Assembly (NCBI GenBank): GCA_030141605.1
Contig: JAQGDQ010000494.1
Coordinates: 62,001 to 126,000 of the forward strand
Direction: 5' to 3'
Length of the DNA stretch: 64,000 nucleotides
From: Tubiluchus corallicola
Taxonomy: Eukaryota; Animalia; Priapulida
The notes under the pieces are model-generated. The model ran no database searches and had not been told where the DNA came from. It was given only the letters and a program-made list of their open reading frames with translations. Positions 49,429 through 63,569 of the stretch are shown in pieces. The first letter of the stretch is position 1. Every line of letters begins with the position of its first letter. Position numbers and translations under genes: made by a program.

Positions 49429-52400
49429 TTAACAGGAAGAACTTTTATTTAAAACAAATTATTTCTCAACTGTCTTATATTTACGAGTTTAAAAGTTACT
49501 TTGCGATTTGAAATTCAACTGGAATAATTTATAAAACTCAAACTTGTTCTCAATAAATACTTCATAACTTTCTGGTGCTTGTTCATTTTATTTAATGAAA
49601 GTAGTGTGCTGACGGAACTGCCTAATATTGATGTTCCGCCATTACAGTCCCGTCGTGCCTCAGGCAACCATATTTCGGCTGTAGTCCCACTGGCCTGCCA
49701 GTCCAGGTGCAGAGTAATGATTATACAACCTAGCTGCTTCTGTCTCTTACAAAAACTGGCCGACTTCTGTTCGATTTTAGTGTCCTGGAGTTGAGGTGAA
49801 CTAAGATTTTACGGGTTGTGATGTGGGTTTTACCCAGGGGCAAAGTTGTGTCGTCTTTACACTAGTTCCCGAGAGAGAAAACGAGTTTATGCTTCGTACG
49901 TGTTCGATCTTTAGTTTTTCCGGCCAATGATAGCTACAACAGGGCGTTCAACTTACGTACATATCGGATAGCAAGTTTATTATACATGTGGTGAAGAACT
50001 GATTGTGTATCTGAGTCGAAGGAGTGAGAATTTGATTTAATAAATGAAGGTAATAAATTTAATTTGGGATTCAGTTCACGAGGAACTGTTCACACCATTC
50101 GTTGTCGGAGCTGTATAAATGTTTTTAAAACTGGAACAAAAATTGCGGCATTACGTGTATAAAGAAAGTGCCATAATCTTTGCAGACTTGAGAAATTAAA
50201 CTTCAAAATAATTGGCGTGATTTAGTGTGTGAATGAAAAATGTTTTGCTTCTAAGAGAACTAAATTTGATGAAGTGGGGGCCATCATTAGAGAGTCATAT
50301 TTTCTCTGAAATTTCTCATTCCTTAATCATGATTGCAATAAGACGCCTTAGCTTTTCGATTTATCGTAGTATTAGTACTTTGATCTACCGTTCCTCGCCT
50401 CCATTAATTATAAAAAAATCAGCAAAGGTCACGTGATGTTGCTAGTGGAAGCCCCCAATATCTTCAAAATGAAGTCATCTTTCCTGCCCCGCTTGTAACA
50501 CATTAACAGCGTACTATGCCGTTTTCACTTCATCCCAATAATTTACCGGAAGTTTCTTTGGATTTTGAATTTCGTTTTAAAATTTCGGTCAAATGTGACG
50601 TCACCAACGAGCATACCTATATGTTGTATATGTATACAGGGCGGTCCAGAAAAACAATTTTCAATAAAACAAACTCCCACCCTTCCGTCCTGGTAGAGGA
50701 GTTTGTAAAAGAGATCAACATCATCATGTGGCCCGGTTTCTCCTTCTTTCTCAAAGGCGTCTAAATCTCCCTACCAACCCCCCCCCCCCCAAGCGCCGGT
50801 AGGGCATTTTTGTACATGATATTATGCAGGCGAACGGACAGACACACGAGCGCAGATTGGACCGATTACTATAGTAACTGCTATAAAAAGTTATCCTTTA
50901 CAAGGAATTCGAACCCGTACTTTTCGCGGATACGTGGAGGTACAACATGCAAAGTTCCTTTAAACAAACTTTAGGGTTAAAGATCTTACCTGAGACCTGA
51001 GCAGTGTATTCATAACTTTCTTCTTGATAGTTTGTCGCCAAACAGTACCAGGGTTGAGCAATCGAGCCCAGGATATCTGAAAAATGCAAGTCATCGTCTT
51101 ACCCTCAAGTCGTTTCAAGTTAAGATGTTTTCACTGTTAGTTGAAATTTTCTTGCTCACGTCAGCTACTTCTTTTGCTGGCGTAGAATATTTGTTGGTGA
51201 TTGAAACTTCTGAGGGCCTCCCCATTGGCCTTGTGCGTAACGCTGTAGCCAATAAAATTAAAGTTTAACGGGAAAGAAAAGGAAATTTTTTAAGTATATC
51301 CCAAGGAACATTCGTCACCAAGAAATGCGTTGTTTGGTGAGCTTAACCTTTGACCTTTTCACGATCGTCGTCAATCGCTGGAACTGTGAAAAGGCTTACT
51401 GCTATATTTCTATACTTCTTGGAATCGGAAAAAAACTGAATTCTTGTGTTCCAACATACTAATCAATGGTGTTTATTTCTCGAGCACGAAAACAGGTACT
51501 ACTGTGTCCTGGAGGCAGAAGTTTAGTCACTTTAGTGCAACACGAGGTTCTGCTTAACTTGAATGAATCCAGGCAGTCCAGTTTTGCTATTAATTTACTT
51601 CTTAAATAGACATGTCACCGCATTTTATAGGGGCGTTGTAACTTTCACCTTTCGAGAACGTATAACTATAGATTTCATTGTTTTATGATACCCCATAGCA
51701 AATCTATGCCAACAGGTGTAACCCAGTTGAAAGTTTCACCCTCATAAAAATTGCCTTGTTTCGTCTTTGTTTCGTTTCTTGGCTAGCGGGCGAGTTTTAA
51801 GCATTTTAGCGCGCTGTAAATGGGCTCTTGTCCCAGGTCTTTATATCGGCCATTACACCTGAACTATATAATTCAGGTTTACGAGTTGAAATTTCGATTT
51901 GCTGCCGTCAGAAGAATGTCGTTTCACTATTGTAGTAGTCATTATTCGTTTTTGTGCTTCTGTGCACATGAATTTACACCTTTTTTACTCTATAATAACC
52001 TGTTTAAAGCATTTTATTATGGTTATTAATGGAGTTACTGTAATACCTGGTTGACTCAAAGCAAAAGAAAAGCTGATTTTCAAGTAGATCCCAAAAAACT
52101 TACCGTGCAAAGTCCTAGCATTACGTTAACCTGCTTTGAAAGACTTAAGGAGCTGAAAAAGATAATTCTTAATGATTTAAAATGTTTGCGCCAACTGGTA
52201 AAATGTTACTGACTCACCTTCCCAGTGTGCACCACTGACTCACAAAAACGTATTTGTAATCTTACTGACAAAATAAAGTAATTTATGCGAAGAGTGTGCT
52301 GCGAGTGCTCTGGTTCCTTTTTCAAACTTCACCAAAGTTATCTTGTTTTTAAACTACTTAACTTAATTTCTAAAATTCATCGCAGGAGTTTAATTTCCCC

Positions 52401-52869
52401 CCTTTCAAGTTTTATACAGCATTACTGATAGTATAAGCTCTGCATGCAATAAGAAAGAAAGTAAGTGATACAAAATTTCAAGACAAATTTTTCAATCTAT
52501 ATGCACGAAGAGTGTTGTCTTACAGTTAACAAAATCTGACGTGTAATTTACGGTTTCTCCTTCGAGTTTTAGCTTAGGGGGTTTTGCAACATATTTTTTA
52601 GTGAAAGGCTGTAATAACATTGGAATATTATATTATATCGCACACGTTTATAACTTTTGTGTAATATAAAAGTATAGCAATTAATTACTATGTTTTGACT
52701 GTGCTAAACTTGTTTATGATGCGTAGTTGCATGCCATGAGTTGGCGAAGTAAATTATAAATTATATGAACTGAAATTCGTGTGAATCAGAATGTCTAGCG
52801 TCTTGCTTCCTTCTTCAAGACATATCTCAGAACTGAACTATGGATAATCAATCATTACCTCAAAGCTCA

Positions 52870-53230
52870 TCGCAAATCCAAAATAGATGCATTTCAAAGA
52901 AGAAACTAAATTACAGGGACATTATATAGGAAGGAAGAAAATAACATAAGAAAATATCATCCAGGATAAAGAAGTGAAGACAGAAAAATGGCAGAACAGT
53001 TAAAACCAAAAGCAGAAAATTAAGATGGATAAGACGACTACCAGATGACTGCCCATTACGCTTAGCTTTCAGAGAAACACCGAAGAAAGAAAAAAAACCG
53101 CAAAAAGGAATGCTGCTAACTTACATTAATTTCATCCAAAAAGATCTTATCAACACATCATTAGATATGAGAAATACAGAGAGATGGGAGCTGCGGGCAG
53201 CATGGATTGAAGTGAAGCAAGCGTCATGTC
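52870..53230 (+). mobile_element. Degenerate RTE-like LINE 3' fragment
   Basis: KIDAFQRRKL...RKLRWI.RLPDDCPLRLAF...IQKDL with frameshifts. Confidence 0.55.
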
Positions 53231-54064
53231 AGAGGAAGTGTGACTCCAGAGATACCTGAAAACAGGCATTTCTCTTGAAATCTACCCACCTTCATTTTCG
53301 TGTAACACTGTTTTAAATCTTTATAATCGAAAGTTCAAATATTATATTTCGATTTCGTTGTTTACGTGAGCATTTATTTTTAGTTAGAAAGTAAACTCCG
53401 TTTAAGACAGATTAATGATTTTCTTTGAAAGAAGCATTCGCCTTTACCATCTCCACCAACTGCATTGTGAGATGCGTAGAACAGCTGCACAGCCTTTCCC
53501 AATGCTGGCTGTTCTTGTGCTTCTTACCATGCAACTGACGATGCTCTTTAAGGCTAATGGTTCAATTAAGTGAAGACAGCCTTTTAAGGCGCAAGAGAAT
53601 TTTCTTCAATTGAGTTTAGGGAAAACTCCATCTTGTTTTAAAGTTTTTTTTAATTTCAGAAAGTTTAGGTAATTCCAAAAAAATATGAAATTTCTCAACA
53701 TATACGCTTGTATACAGTCGCTGTTCGAATACAATGATGTATACATATATAACCAGTAAAACAGACTATTAGCAAATACTGCCAATTTTATTGCTGTGTT
53801 AATTGCTATGTGTCAATAATTAGTGTTCGCAATGCAGTGAAAATAAGACAGGGCTCTTCTGAGACTTGCCCTGGTCATAACTATAAAAGAAGTGAAAATG
53901 TCCATTGAGTCTCAAAAACTCTTTATTTTTCTCCTCCCACGTGGACTTCATAAGCTGTGCAGAGAGCTACAATAATCTAAAACGCATGCTTTATTTTAAC
54001 GACACTGTAAATTTTTATTTTATATGTAGTTTTACCTGTAATTCTTATTGTTGTATCTCTCTGT

Positions 54065-54467
54065 TAGGGGTGAGCATCGAACGTTCGAGTTCGAACGTTC
54101 GAATCGAATTCGAATGCTCGAATTCAGTTCGAACGAGTTTTTTAGTTCGAACTCGATTCGAATCCAAAACTACAGATTCGAATAATTTAGCACTTCAATC
54201 ACATAATGTTCTTTATCACTAAAACGATTGAAACATCATACAATTAGCATAATTTAGCTGTGATTTCTGCACACAATTTTAAAAAAATTACTAGTCGTTG
54301 TTCGTCGTTGCAGAACAAAATCTAGTGCTATACATGATCTTTGTAAGACTAATTTTTGCTGGTGGTTCGAAAACTTGTTCGAAAATCTTTCGATCTCAAT
54401 TCGAATTGGAAACACTGAAGTTCGGTTCGATTCGAGTTCGCTTTCTGGAAGAGAATGGTCACCCCAA
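54065..54467 (-). mobile_element. hAT-type MITE family C, complete copy
   Basis: TAGGGGTGAGCAT ... ATGGTCACCCCAA with a perfect 8-bp TSD CTCTCTGT; reverse complement of 34993-35381. Confidence 0.85.
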
Positions 54468-54511
54468 CTCTCTGTGCAGATGATGAAGCCTACGAGGGAC
54501 GACAATTACGA

Positions 54512-54863
54512 TTGAGCATTCTGTATCAGAAAACGAAACGAATTCGAATCGAATTCGAATTGAGTTTGACAGATTTTCGAACGACTAGGAAAAAGTGGTT
54601 TTACAAAGGCATATGTTGCATATTACTTGATTGTGTTCTGCAGTAAAACCCCTATTAGTTTGTTAAAAATTTTGCACAGAAACTGCAACTAAATTGTGCC
54701 AATTGTATGATGTCTCAAACGTTTTAGTGATAAAGAACGTACGTGGCTGAAGTGCTGAATTATTCGAATCCATAATTTTAGGTTCGAATCGAATTCGGAC
54801 TTATAAAAACTCGTTCGAATCGAATTCGAAGATTCGAGCTCGAACGTTCGATACTCACCCCTA
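54512..54863 (+). mobile_element. hAT-type MITE family C, second copy in opposite orientation, left tip truncated
   Basis: tgagcattctgtatcagaaa ... gttcgatactcacccta, collinear with 34993-35381. Confidence 0.8.
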
Positions 54864-57073
54864 ACGGAAATAATAAATATTTTTTTAAGACTTAATGTGC
54901 ATTTTGACTTCTTAATGCCTCGTTAATTAGTGTTGTGTTTTAGTGATTTAAATGTGTAATTGGTGATTTTGTCCCTAAAATAACATCTAATAACCTTTTA
55001 TGCTTTTTGTTGCTTTTTTTTCTTCAAGAAAGTGGTTCACAGTGTTGGAGACAGACACCATCTTTTCATTTCCTTAATTTAGGCTTTTTATAAATCATTC
55101 TATCAATTCCTGCCATTAATGGTGTGCGTAAAAAAACTTAATAATCGTCAAATTTTGCAACAAGGACTTCTGGAGAAATTTCACGAGACTATAAGTTTTT
55201 TGTGTCAGATTTCATATGGTACTCATTTCTGCTTAGACAAATAAGTCGTTATCAGTGTTTATCTGTGAATAACGTCCGTGCGCCTCTTCATAATAGAGTT
55301 TTTTGTGAGAAAGACCACAGAGTATTAAGAGCACAGTGTATAAGAGATAATCTCCATTGTAAGACGTCTGTATAAACTTAACATTTGGACCTGAATGTAC
55401 ACATAACCCAGACCTCCTCCTAAAGCTTGTAAAAAAGAAGTAGGCTGAGTTATCGCACAGCGCCCCCTGGCTCTTCATCTAACGATCTTTTTGACGACAT
55501 TTTATCCACAAGCAAAAACTTCACGAAGATGTTCTGGACAATGGTGATCTGGTTGGTCACTCATCAGTGACAAATTTGCCGATTAAAATTTTCCTTTCAT
55601 CCATTTTCACTTTCACCCCCGACTAAAACCGCCTCATAAATGGGTTACTAAACAAACTCTCTCTCTCTCTCCTGCTCTATTTCACCCGGGCAGCGATTTT
55701 TTCAGCTAAGCGAAGAAATGGAGCTGAGCAGGTGACCACTGAACAGTAAAAAATGTGATGATTGCCCTAAGTGTTATATTTGCTTATTCACTAGACAGTA
55801 ACACCTGCTACACGAGGGGGAGGGGTGCGTTTGACAGGTCTTGAAAGTTTATCAGTGGGAGGTGAAAGTATGATTAGTGCACTATACCCAATTAGCAATT
55901 ATTTGTGTACGGTGACATAAATTACCTGCTCTGCATTGCTTTTACGTTTCCTTTTTTCTGTTATATAATCATATACACATTATTTTATCTTGCCGAGAAT
56001 TTTGTAAACAACTGTACATTATTATCATTTTATTTAATTCGTAACTAATTACTGTGATACTTATTCATCATCTTCATTTATTTTTTTTCACTTATGCTAT
56101 TGTTGTTATGTTTGTTTTTATATTTTTCTTTTTGTTATTGCTTTATTTTGATTAGTTTATTTAAGCATTTAACAATAATTGCATTCAGTGGCATCAATTC
56201 TTTTTTTCTGCTATTACAATATTAAATTATAAGGGGTGAGTGACTAGATGACCTACGGTCTTTCTTCGCCCCATCTTCACGGATAAAGTTATTTTTTGTA
56301 AAATGGAAATTTGTGACACATTTGGAGAAAATAAATGTCTATGTCTATACATATGATTACTATAAAAAAGAAAACAACTGTTATTAAAAGATTTAAGATA
56401 CAAAATGTTAAAACATGTCTCATAGGTTTCTGTTACAGCTTGTAGTCATTTTCACTGATAGATTATACAAACAAACAACGAGTTTCATAGGCATAACCAA
56501 CAGAACATGAATTCACTAATTACGTATTTATAAGGAAGCCAAATACGTAAAGAGATCCACAGCAAATGGTTGCTCTTTTTATACAAATTGTCTCAGACAA
56601 ACCAAGTGGCTGCTTAGGCTAGAAGTTAGAAGTAGAAATACAAATTTACCCTCTTAGCACTGCAATGAATTGTCAATTTTGTAATTGCAAGAGTTTGTTT
56701 TGTGCTAAATCGATAAATAAATAAACACGTAATTTATATTCAGAGAAATAAGACTCTTGTAAATAATTTTTTATTGAGAAGAGATACCGGTCTTTTGTTA
56801 ACGTTGTTTTTCAAAGAGAACGAGGTTTCAGTTTTCAGAGGAACCATTTCCTATTGAGGAGAATTCTCTAGATGAAAATCCAGAGGAAAAGACTGAATTT
56901 ATGAGCATCTGTTCTGTACTTACGAATGTTCAGGGTATAGCCAGAATCAGAATCAGCAGAAAACGGGTATGGCGACCAATTGGTAAACTGTCGGTATTTG
57001 GGAACATTTTACAAAAGACCTCGAGAGTATTGACTATTGTTCATTAAAACAGTAATAAAAAAGTTTGAGTTGA

Positions 57074-57684
57074 AGCAAAACCGGACCCAATCTTTACTGT
57101 AGGTGAAAACGACCTACTATTTAAAATATTGAAAGGACACCTGCTATTTTTTCAAAAAATGACTTACGACTTACGTGAAAGAATTATTACCACACAAACA
57201 CGATTTTACGTTTTCGCCACTAGTTCTTCGCTATTACATGCATTTCGCCATTCGCTAGTTAGAATGGCACTAGCCGCTGCATTTCGGAGCTGCGTTGCAC
57301 AAAAACAGGTGCTGTACCTCATAGTTCAGATGTGTTAGTTTGTGGCGAACTGCACGCGTTCGACAGCGCAGCGGTAAATTTGAAATTTGAATTTTTATCT
57401 TAAAACAGTCCTAGTTTTAGTACAACACATTGAATATCTTACAGTAGCACTGTACTTCAATTTTTGTTTTCGCAAACACATGCAGCACGCTCGTGGAATA
57501 TTTTTAATGTAGAAAATTATGTTAGTTTGTGATGTCATCAATAGTTGGACTCGCCCGCCGTTAATTAAATTTTTAATCTATTGTTTAATTATAAGTTACA
57601 CTTTTGCAGTATTAATTGTGTTAAAATGTATACTTTTTATCGGACTTGAAAATGGGGTAGTACATGAAAAATCGTTGTCTTCCT
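57074..57684 (-). mobile_element. Near full-length family A MITE (inverted)
   Basis: ttga|agcaaaaccggacccaatc ... gtcttcct|ttaa. Confidence 0.75.
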
Positions 57685-58787
57685 TTAATGTAGATTACGT
57701 AGCAGCGTTATCTTAATAGCGAAATGTTATCTGTGCATATGGACATATATTACTTACAAACTAATGAGCGGCGCCGTTTTTTAGTACAAGTCGTCCACAA
57801 GAAGGCCGTTGGTCAGTTATGGTACAACTACAACAATCTACAACATCTATAACAATCTGCACATCACTCTTGTTTGTCACAGCACCAATCTGGTAATCTG
57901 ATTCTATATGTGCAGACCAATAACTCATCCTTGAGCGTCAAAAAATCGTGGGAACTGCCTCGTCGGTAATAAGCATGATTTTTCGCCGCGTTGGGCAATA
58001 ATTTTTACGATTTTGGTAGGATGAGGAATGTCTTCGCGCTGTCATGATTTCACCCGGGAAATTTAATGCAGCTCTTCGATGTTTAGTGCCCCTTCATCGT
58101 TCAAACTTTATGTAAAATAATTTGAGTGTCAATATGTCCTTTAAATTTTGTCTACTCACGTCATTTCACTACATTTACGCTAAATGGGTTCTTCGTCAAA
58201 GGCGTCGGTTGCCCTTGTTATTGTGAAGACTTGCACCTTCGTCATGGATACGCCCCTGGCGACGTTTTACCTGCATTTGAAGTGGCGGTAGCCATTATGG
58301 ATTTTAAATGGGCGAGCTTCCTGTCACCTCTGTCTGTGATATGTCCCGTAATGGTCATTTCTCATCAGATAAATGCCATAATAATTGGACAGGGTGATTT
58401 TGCACAAAAGTTTTCCTGTTTGAGGTGCCGACTTTATCTTCAAAGTGTTTGGCGTTTTAAAACCCTCTTCCTCCAATATACGCTTGTCAACAATGGACGG
58501 CGCTGATTATTTGTAGCTCTTAGTCCGCTAGGTGGCAGGTCTGGGGCAAGGTAGCTACTCATCGACGAATTGACTGATAAACTGACTGACAAAAACAATG
58601 TAATGCCCAGTGAATGGTTGATTTTTTTCATCCTAATCAGTTCTACCTGACGTCCGACCGACTGGCTCACTGATAAAACAAATCATTATTTCGTCTGTAT
58701 TATTAAGATTTAGGATCAACTGTTTGATTGATCCATTCATTTAACACTGGATGTGTTTCTTTTTTCTTTTTCATCAGACGTCCTAAA

Positions 58788-59240
58788 CGGTAATAAAGTC
58801 ACAGGATTAAAGTTACCGGGAAAAAGACGCGGGGGAAGAAGTAACCCAATCCTAATCGTATCCCTGACCCTAATCCCTAATTCTAATCCTAGCCAAAATT
58901 AATTTTGGCTTTTTTGCTGTGACAATTTCCTAGCCAAAATTGTGTTTCTTTTTTTGGAAAAATTTTTGCTAGGAAATTAGTCACAGAAAAAAAATTCACA
59001 GCAATTTTTGCTATGGTTAGAGTTAGGGATGTCACCTTTAGGATGTCCGACCAAAAAAGAAAAAGAAACACAATTTGGCCGGGAAATTAGTCACAGGAAA
59101 AAAGTCACAATTAATTTTGGTTATGGTTAGAGATAAGGGTTAGGGATAGCGTTGCATTTGGGTTATTTCCTTTTTCCCGTGTTTTTTCTGTTGATTTTTT
59201 TCCTGCGACTTTGTTATCATTGACTTTTTTTTACCTGGGT
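58788..59240. mobile_element. Foldback-like non-autonomous element(s) with CCCTAA-like core and (aaagtcacagga / tgtgactttt) subterminal repeats
   Basis: 58788-58950 is mirrored by 59065-59240; contains aatcctaatcgtatccctgaccctaat, related to the unit of 15073-15625. Confidence 0.5.
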
Positions 59241-60899
59241 TCACTCCAAAAGCCATTTATGAAAAACGTTTCGATTGTTTATTTTTGGGATCGTAATGTG
59301 TACGATTATTTGTTGTTTTTAGTAAATGATAGGAGTGGTGTAGGTACCAGGGTATATACATAAACATTCTAAAACACTAAACTTAAAATCTACAGCCGAG
59401 ATTGATGTACTATCAAGGTTTTATCTAGCCATATTTTCTTTAGATACGAATAAATATTTTTCAATAGAAATATGAATAGAAATTTAAAGGTCTCCTGAAG
59501 TTTAAATGTTGATAGACTACCTTATACTGTAACAAATCTAAGTTTTGGGTTTATAGATTCCTCTTTTAATAACTTCTAAGGTTATACGTAATTAGGAAGA
59601 CCTTGTAACATCTTCTGCAAGGCAGAGGAGTGAAAGAGGAACCGAAAGAGAAGGAACGGGCAGGATTAAAGTTTCTTTAACAGAATTTTCAAGTTTATTG
59701 CCTTGCTGCAAGTGTAAGCATTTGAGGGAAATTTCCTAAATTTTGAAGAATTTCTTAAATTTCATAGTTGTATGATCTTTGAGTACTAAAAGATCGTGAA
59801 AATTCGATGTTTCTGCTAAAACTTTATTAAAAGCGCAAGTCAAATGTTGGTCGCAAAACAATTTTGATACCAAACTATGAGTTTCTATTGTTCTACGCTT
59901 TTATCATTTTGCTCTTGGTGTGCCTCCAAGCGTCTGCGTTCTGGATCAGCCCTCAAATCTCCAGAGTAAATAGCAATCAACGAAGAGAGCCCACGCTTGA
60001 CTGACGTCCCTGGACTCTTAGCTCTGAGAGTCAGGCACAAATCTCTAGAGTTGTTCGTGTCCAATCCATTGCTGTAAAGTCAAACGTTGCTGCTGTTGCA
60101 TTGTTGACAAAGCTCCATTGTGACGTTGACCACAATTCCTGCTCGCAGCGACCTTGTCTTTGCGGGATTTTCTCTAAGTATTAGCACAAGCTTTGGCATT
60201 ATAGTTTCCATTTCCAGTATGTACAGTACTTCTCTCGCATTTCACGCTAGTATTCTGAAGTGCAAATCAAACATTTGGAAAAATCTCCTCACTTGAGCAC
60301 GCGTTTAGCTGCTCTAGAGTTGAGAGTGAAACGATTTTAAAAGAGAAAATGTTTACAATAGATAAGGTCAAGTAAGGGGGTAATTTTTGTAGTTTTGACT
60401 GTGGTGTGGAATATTAAAATGACTAATGTGTCTAAAGTGAGGTTAATAGTTTTGGGAAGGTCTTGTGGGCTTGAGATGGAGTCAGCTCTTTAGCCTTAAC
60501 TACAGTTTAATCTTGTTTTGAATGTTCCCTCGAGCAAAAGTGATTAATCGAAGAAGGACATTACAGTAGTCATGTATGTAGGCCTCATTTACTAGGAATT
60601 TTGTACTAAGTTTCTTAGTCACTAGGTATGTCTCTGATTATTGCTACGTAAGAAACGGGACGGGGTAAATTTGTCATGAATCAGCCCTACCAATCCCACA
60701 ACGTGTAATCCGTGCAATGATATTTACCTGTTTGAAATGTAGAAGCTTTAAATAGCTTAGCTTTAAATACTTGCAATGAATTTTTGAATCTTGGAAGTGA
60801 AGTTTTAGCTAAATTTGCTAATTAGGTTTTCCGGCTTTTCAGCTCATTTTTTTTGGTATTACATCGTAGCACTAATTTTAAAGTTCATATTCTGTGTCT

Positions 60900-60940
<41 letters not shown>

Positions 60941-61987
60941 CGTGCGTGCGTGTGTGTGATATATGGCCTATATGTATGTAGGACAAGATGTACATGTCGT
61001 TACTCGGCATTAATTCTTTGTACCTACTTAGTTTTTCGGTGATTTTAATGCTACCAGAAGTAATATGGCATCGTGGCATGAAGTACGCGCCGGGAGGAAT
61101 TCACTGTGCAGATACATGCATTTGTGCACCTATCTGGTCTAACAATGAATTTATAATGTATTTCACAATAATGTTGCACTTAGCACGGAGCTGACAAGGC
61201 TTGTCAATCCTTCCTGAAGAACAAAGACTACGGACGATGATACCAAAATGCGCTTTCAAGAGACAATTTAGGAGAAGGTGCTTTTTTAACACTTTGTGTC
61301 CAAAAGCATCTAAAGACGTGAAATAATTCGGCGTCGAAGGTTGATCTTTGTTTACAAGAATCCGTGAGGAAACGACAATTATACGTTTTAGCTTTTTCGT
61401 CTTTATTGGTTCTGTTACAGATGTGTCATTCTTGCTTTCTAATGCCGTTTAAGAAGTCGGCGGGAGGTATGCGTCCTTCAAGAATTACACGCTTTTTCAC
61501 TTTCGTTTGCGAGAAATTTGGGACAGATGATGAATTTTTCACTGAAATATGCGAATATTTGCGGCGCAGAGACGTTCTGTTTGCAAAAATATGTTGTTGT
61601 GATTGTTGTCGCATCGCCTTGGGGTTTAGTATTCTCTCAAATATGCGATCATAGATTCACTATGGCTACCGTTTTACACCATACTCTGTTCACTGTACAA
61701 TGATTACGAATTTTTGCTGTAGACAGAGACTGTATACGAGTTTTATACATTTTTGTTGCAATAAAAAGGCAACGCTGTCGTATTATACTGTTCACTGTAC
61801 AATGATTAAAAATTTTACTGTAAATAGCCTGTATACGAGTTTTCTACATTTTTGTTACCATAAAAATGGTATATGAGTTCTAGTTTGATACGTTTGCTGT
61901 TTTTATCACTTTTTATCCACCGAAATCAAAGATCAAGAACTTGATGTTCATCTGTATTCAGCTGTCTTTACTCAAGCTTTTTATTTT

Positions 61988-62006
61988 AGAGAGAGCGAGA
62001 GAAGTG

Positions 62007-62081
<75 letters not shown>

Positions 62082-62135
62082 TTGAGAGCGAGAAAGAGAA
62101 AGATTGAGAGAGAGAGAAAGGGAAGAGGAAGACAG
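61988..62135. repeat. (GA)n microsatellite
   Basis: Direct reading. Confidence 0.95.
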
Positions 62136-63569
62136 AGCCAATTTTTTGCTAATTATTGTACAAATTTTACTTTTGGTTTGCAGCTGACGTTTTTCCGTGA
62201 AATTGCTCATATTTTTGCAATTTATGAGCATTTTATAGTTTCGTTGCGAAATGATATCTGTGTGCACTCATGCAGCATTTCCTCGTGTTTTTATAGCGTT
62301 ATAATGATACTTGTAACAACAAAACTTCTTCACATCAAGGCACAATCCTGTTGTTTTTAGAAGCGTAGTGTTAGCATAATCAAGGCACAACTCTGTTGTT
62401 TTTGGAAGTAAAGTGTTAAGATAATCCGTAGTTTAGATAACCTTCTCGATTTCAACACTTTAATTTGGTAACCGTTTAAAATTGTTTTGCTTACCTTGGT
62501 TTTGTGAGTTTATATGTTATTGTAATGGTTACGACTGAAGATTTCCCGTTTTGCTGACTCTGCGCCTTGACCATGACTTTTTATAGAGAGTAGAAGGTGA
62601 TCCAGGGTCTTTAGTTGCGCTTAACTAATGTTTCTTGGAAGATTTCATGGATGTACAATAATAAGGAGTCTTTATACTAATTACACAAGTCTTTATTACA
62701 TGAATAATAAGCCTTTTCACACTTTCGTTGTGCGCACGCGCAGTTGCTGTAGGTCAAAGGTTAAATGTACTGCAGCAACTACAACCGTCACGTGACATGT
62801 GGGTAAAACAAAGCTGTCTGCCACGACTTTACTTAATTATGCATTAGTCTGTACGTAGAGTGATTTACTAGCAGGATCTTGCTTGGGAACAAGAAAAAAA
62901 ATGAAATAGGTAAAGTTCTAGCTATGTGTTAAAACTGTTACTATTACAACAGCATGGTCAGCAAGGCGTTGTTAAGTGTACACAAATGCACTGTCTGGTG
63001 CACTTAACCTTTGACGTTTTCACGATGATTGTCAATTGCGGGAATTGAGAAAAGGCTTGTTCTTCTTGAAATTTAACCCAAACTACGGTGTGCCCTCTGG
63101 TGGCGCGTTTACTTGCATGTCAGTAGTGGAACTACAGGAAGAGTAACACCTGCAGTTTACTAACCGTGTCGCATATACAAACATGATGACGACGACGATG
63201 ATGATAATGGTGATGACGGCGACGACGACGACGACGACGATGATGATGATGATGATGATGATGATATAGATCAAAACATCACTTGCAAGTGCAAATTTTT
63301 AGTTTTATCTGGCCTTTAGCGTACAGAAATGTTATGTCACCTAGTGTTGTGAAGGTTTTATTAACTTTCTGTTGTTCACGTACAGCACTAGCATATTTGT
63401 GTTTTACACTGTTCAAACACTTGTGTGAAGTTTGAACAGAGCTGAACTTGATGCTTTGTTACATAGATTGAGCTCACAAAGCTGCATCCAATCTTGTACT
63501 AGGTGCTTGTTGTTTAACCTTAACGTTTGAGTTGCAAAACTCTCTGTGTTTGTTTGGCACCGATTGTTG

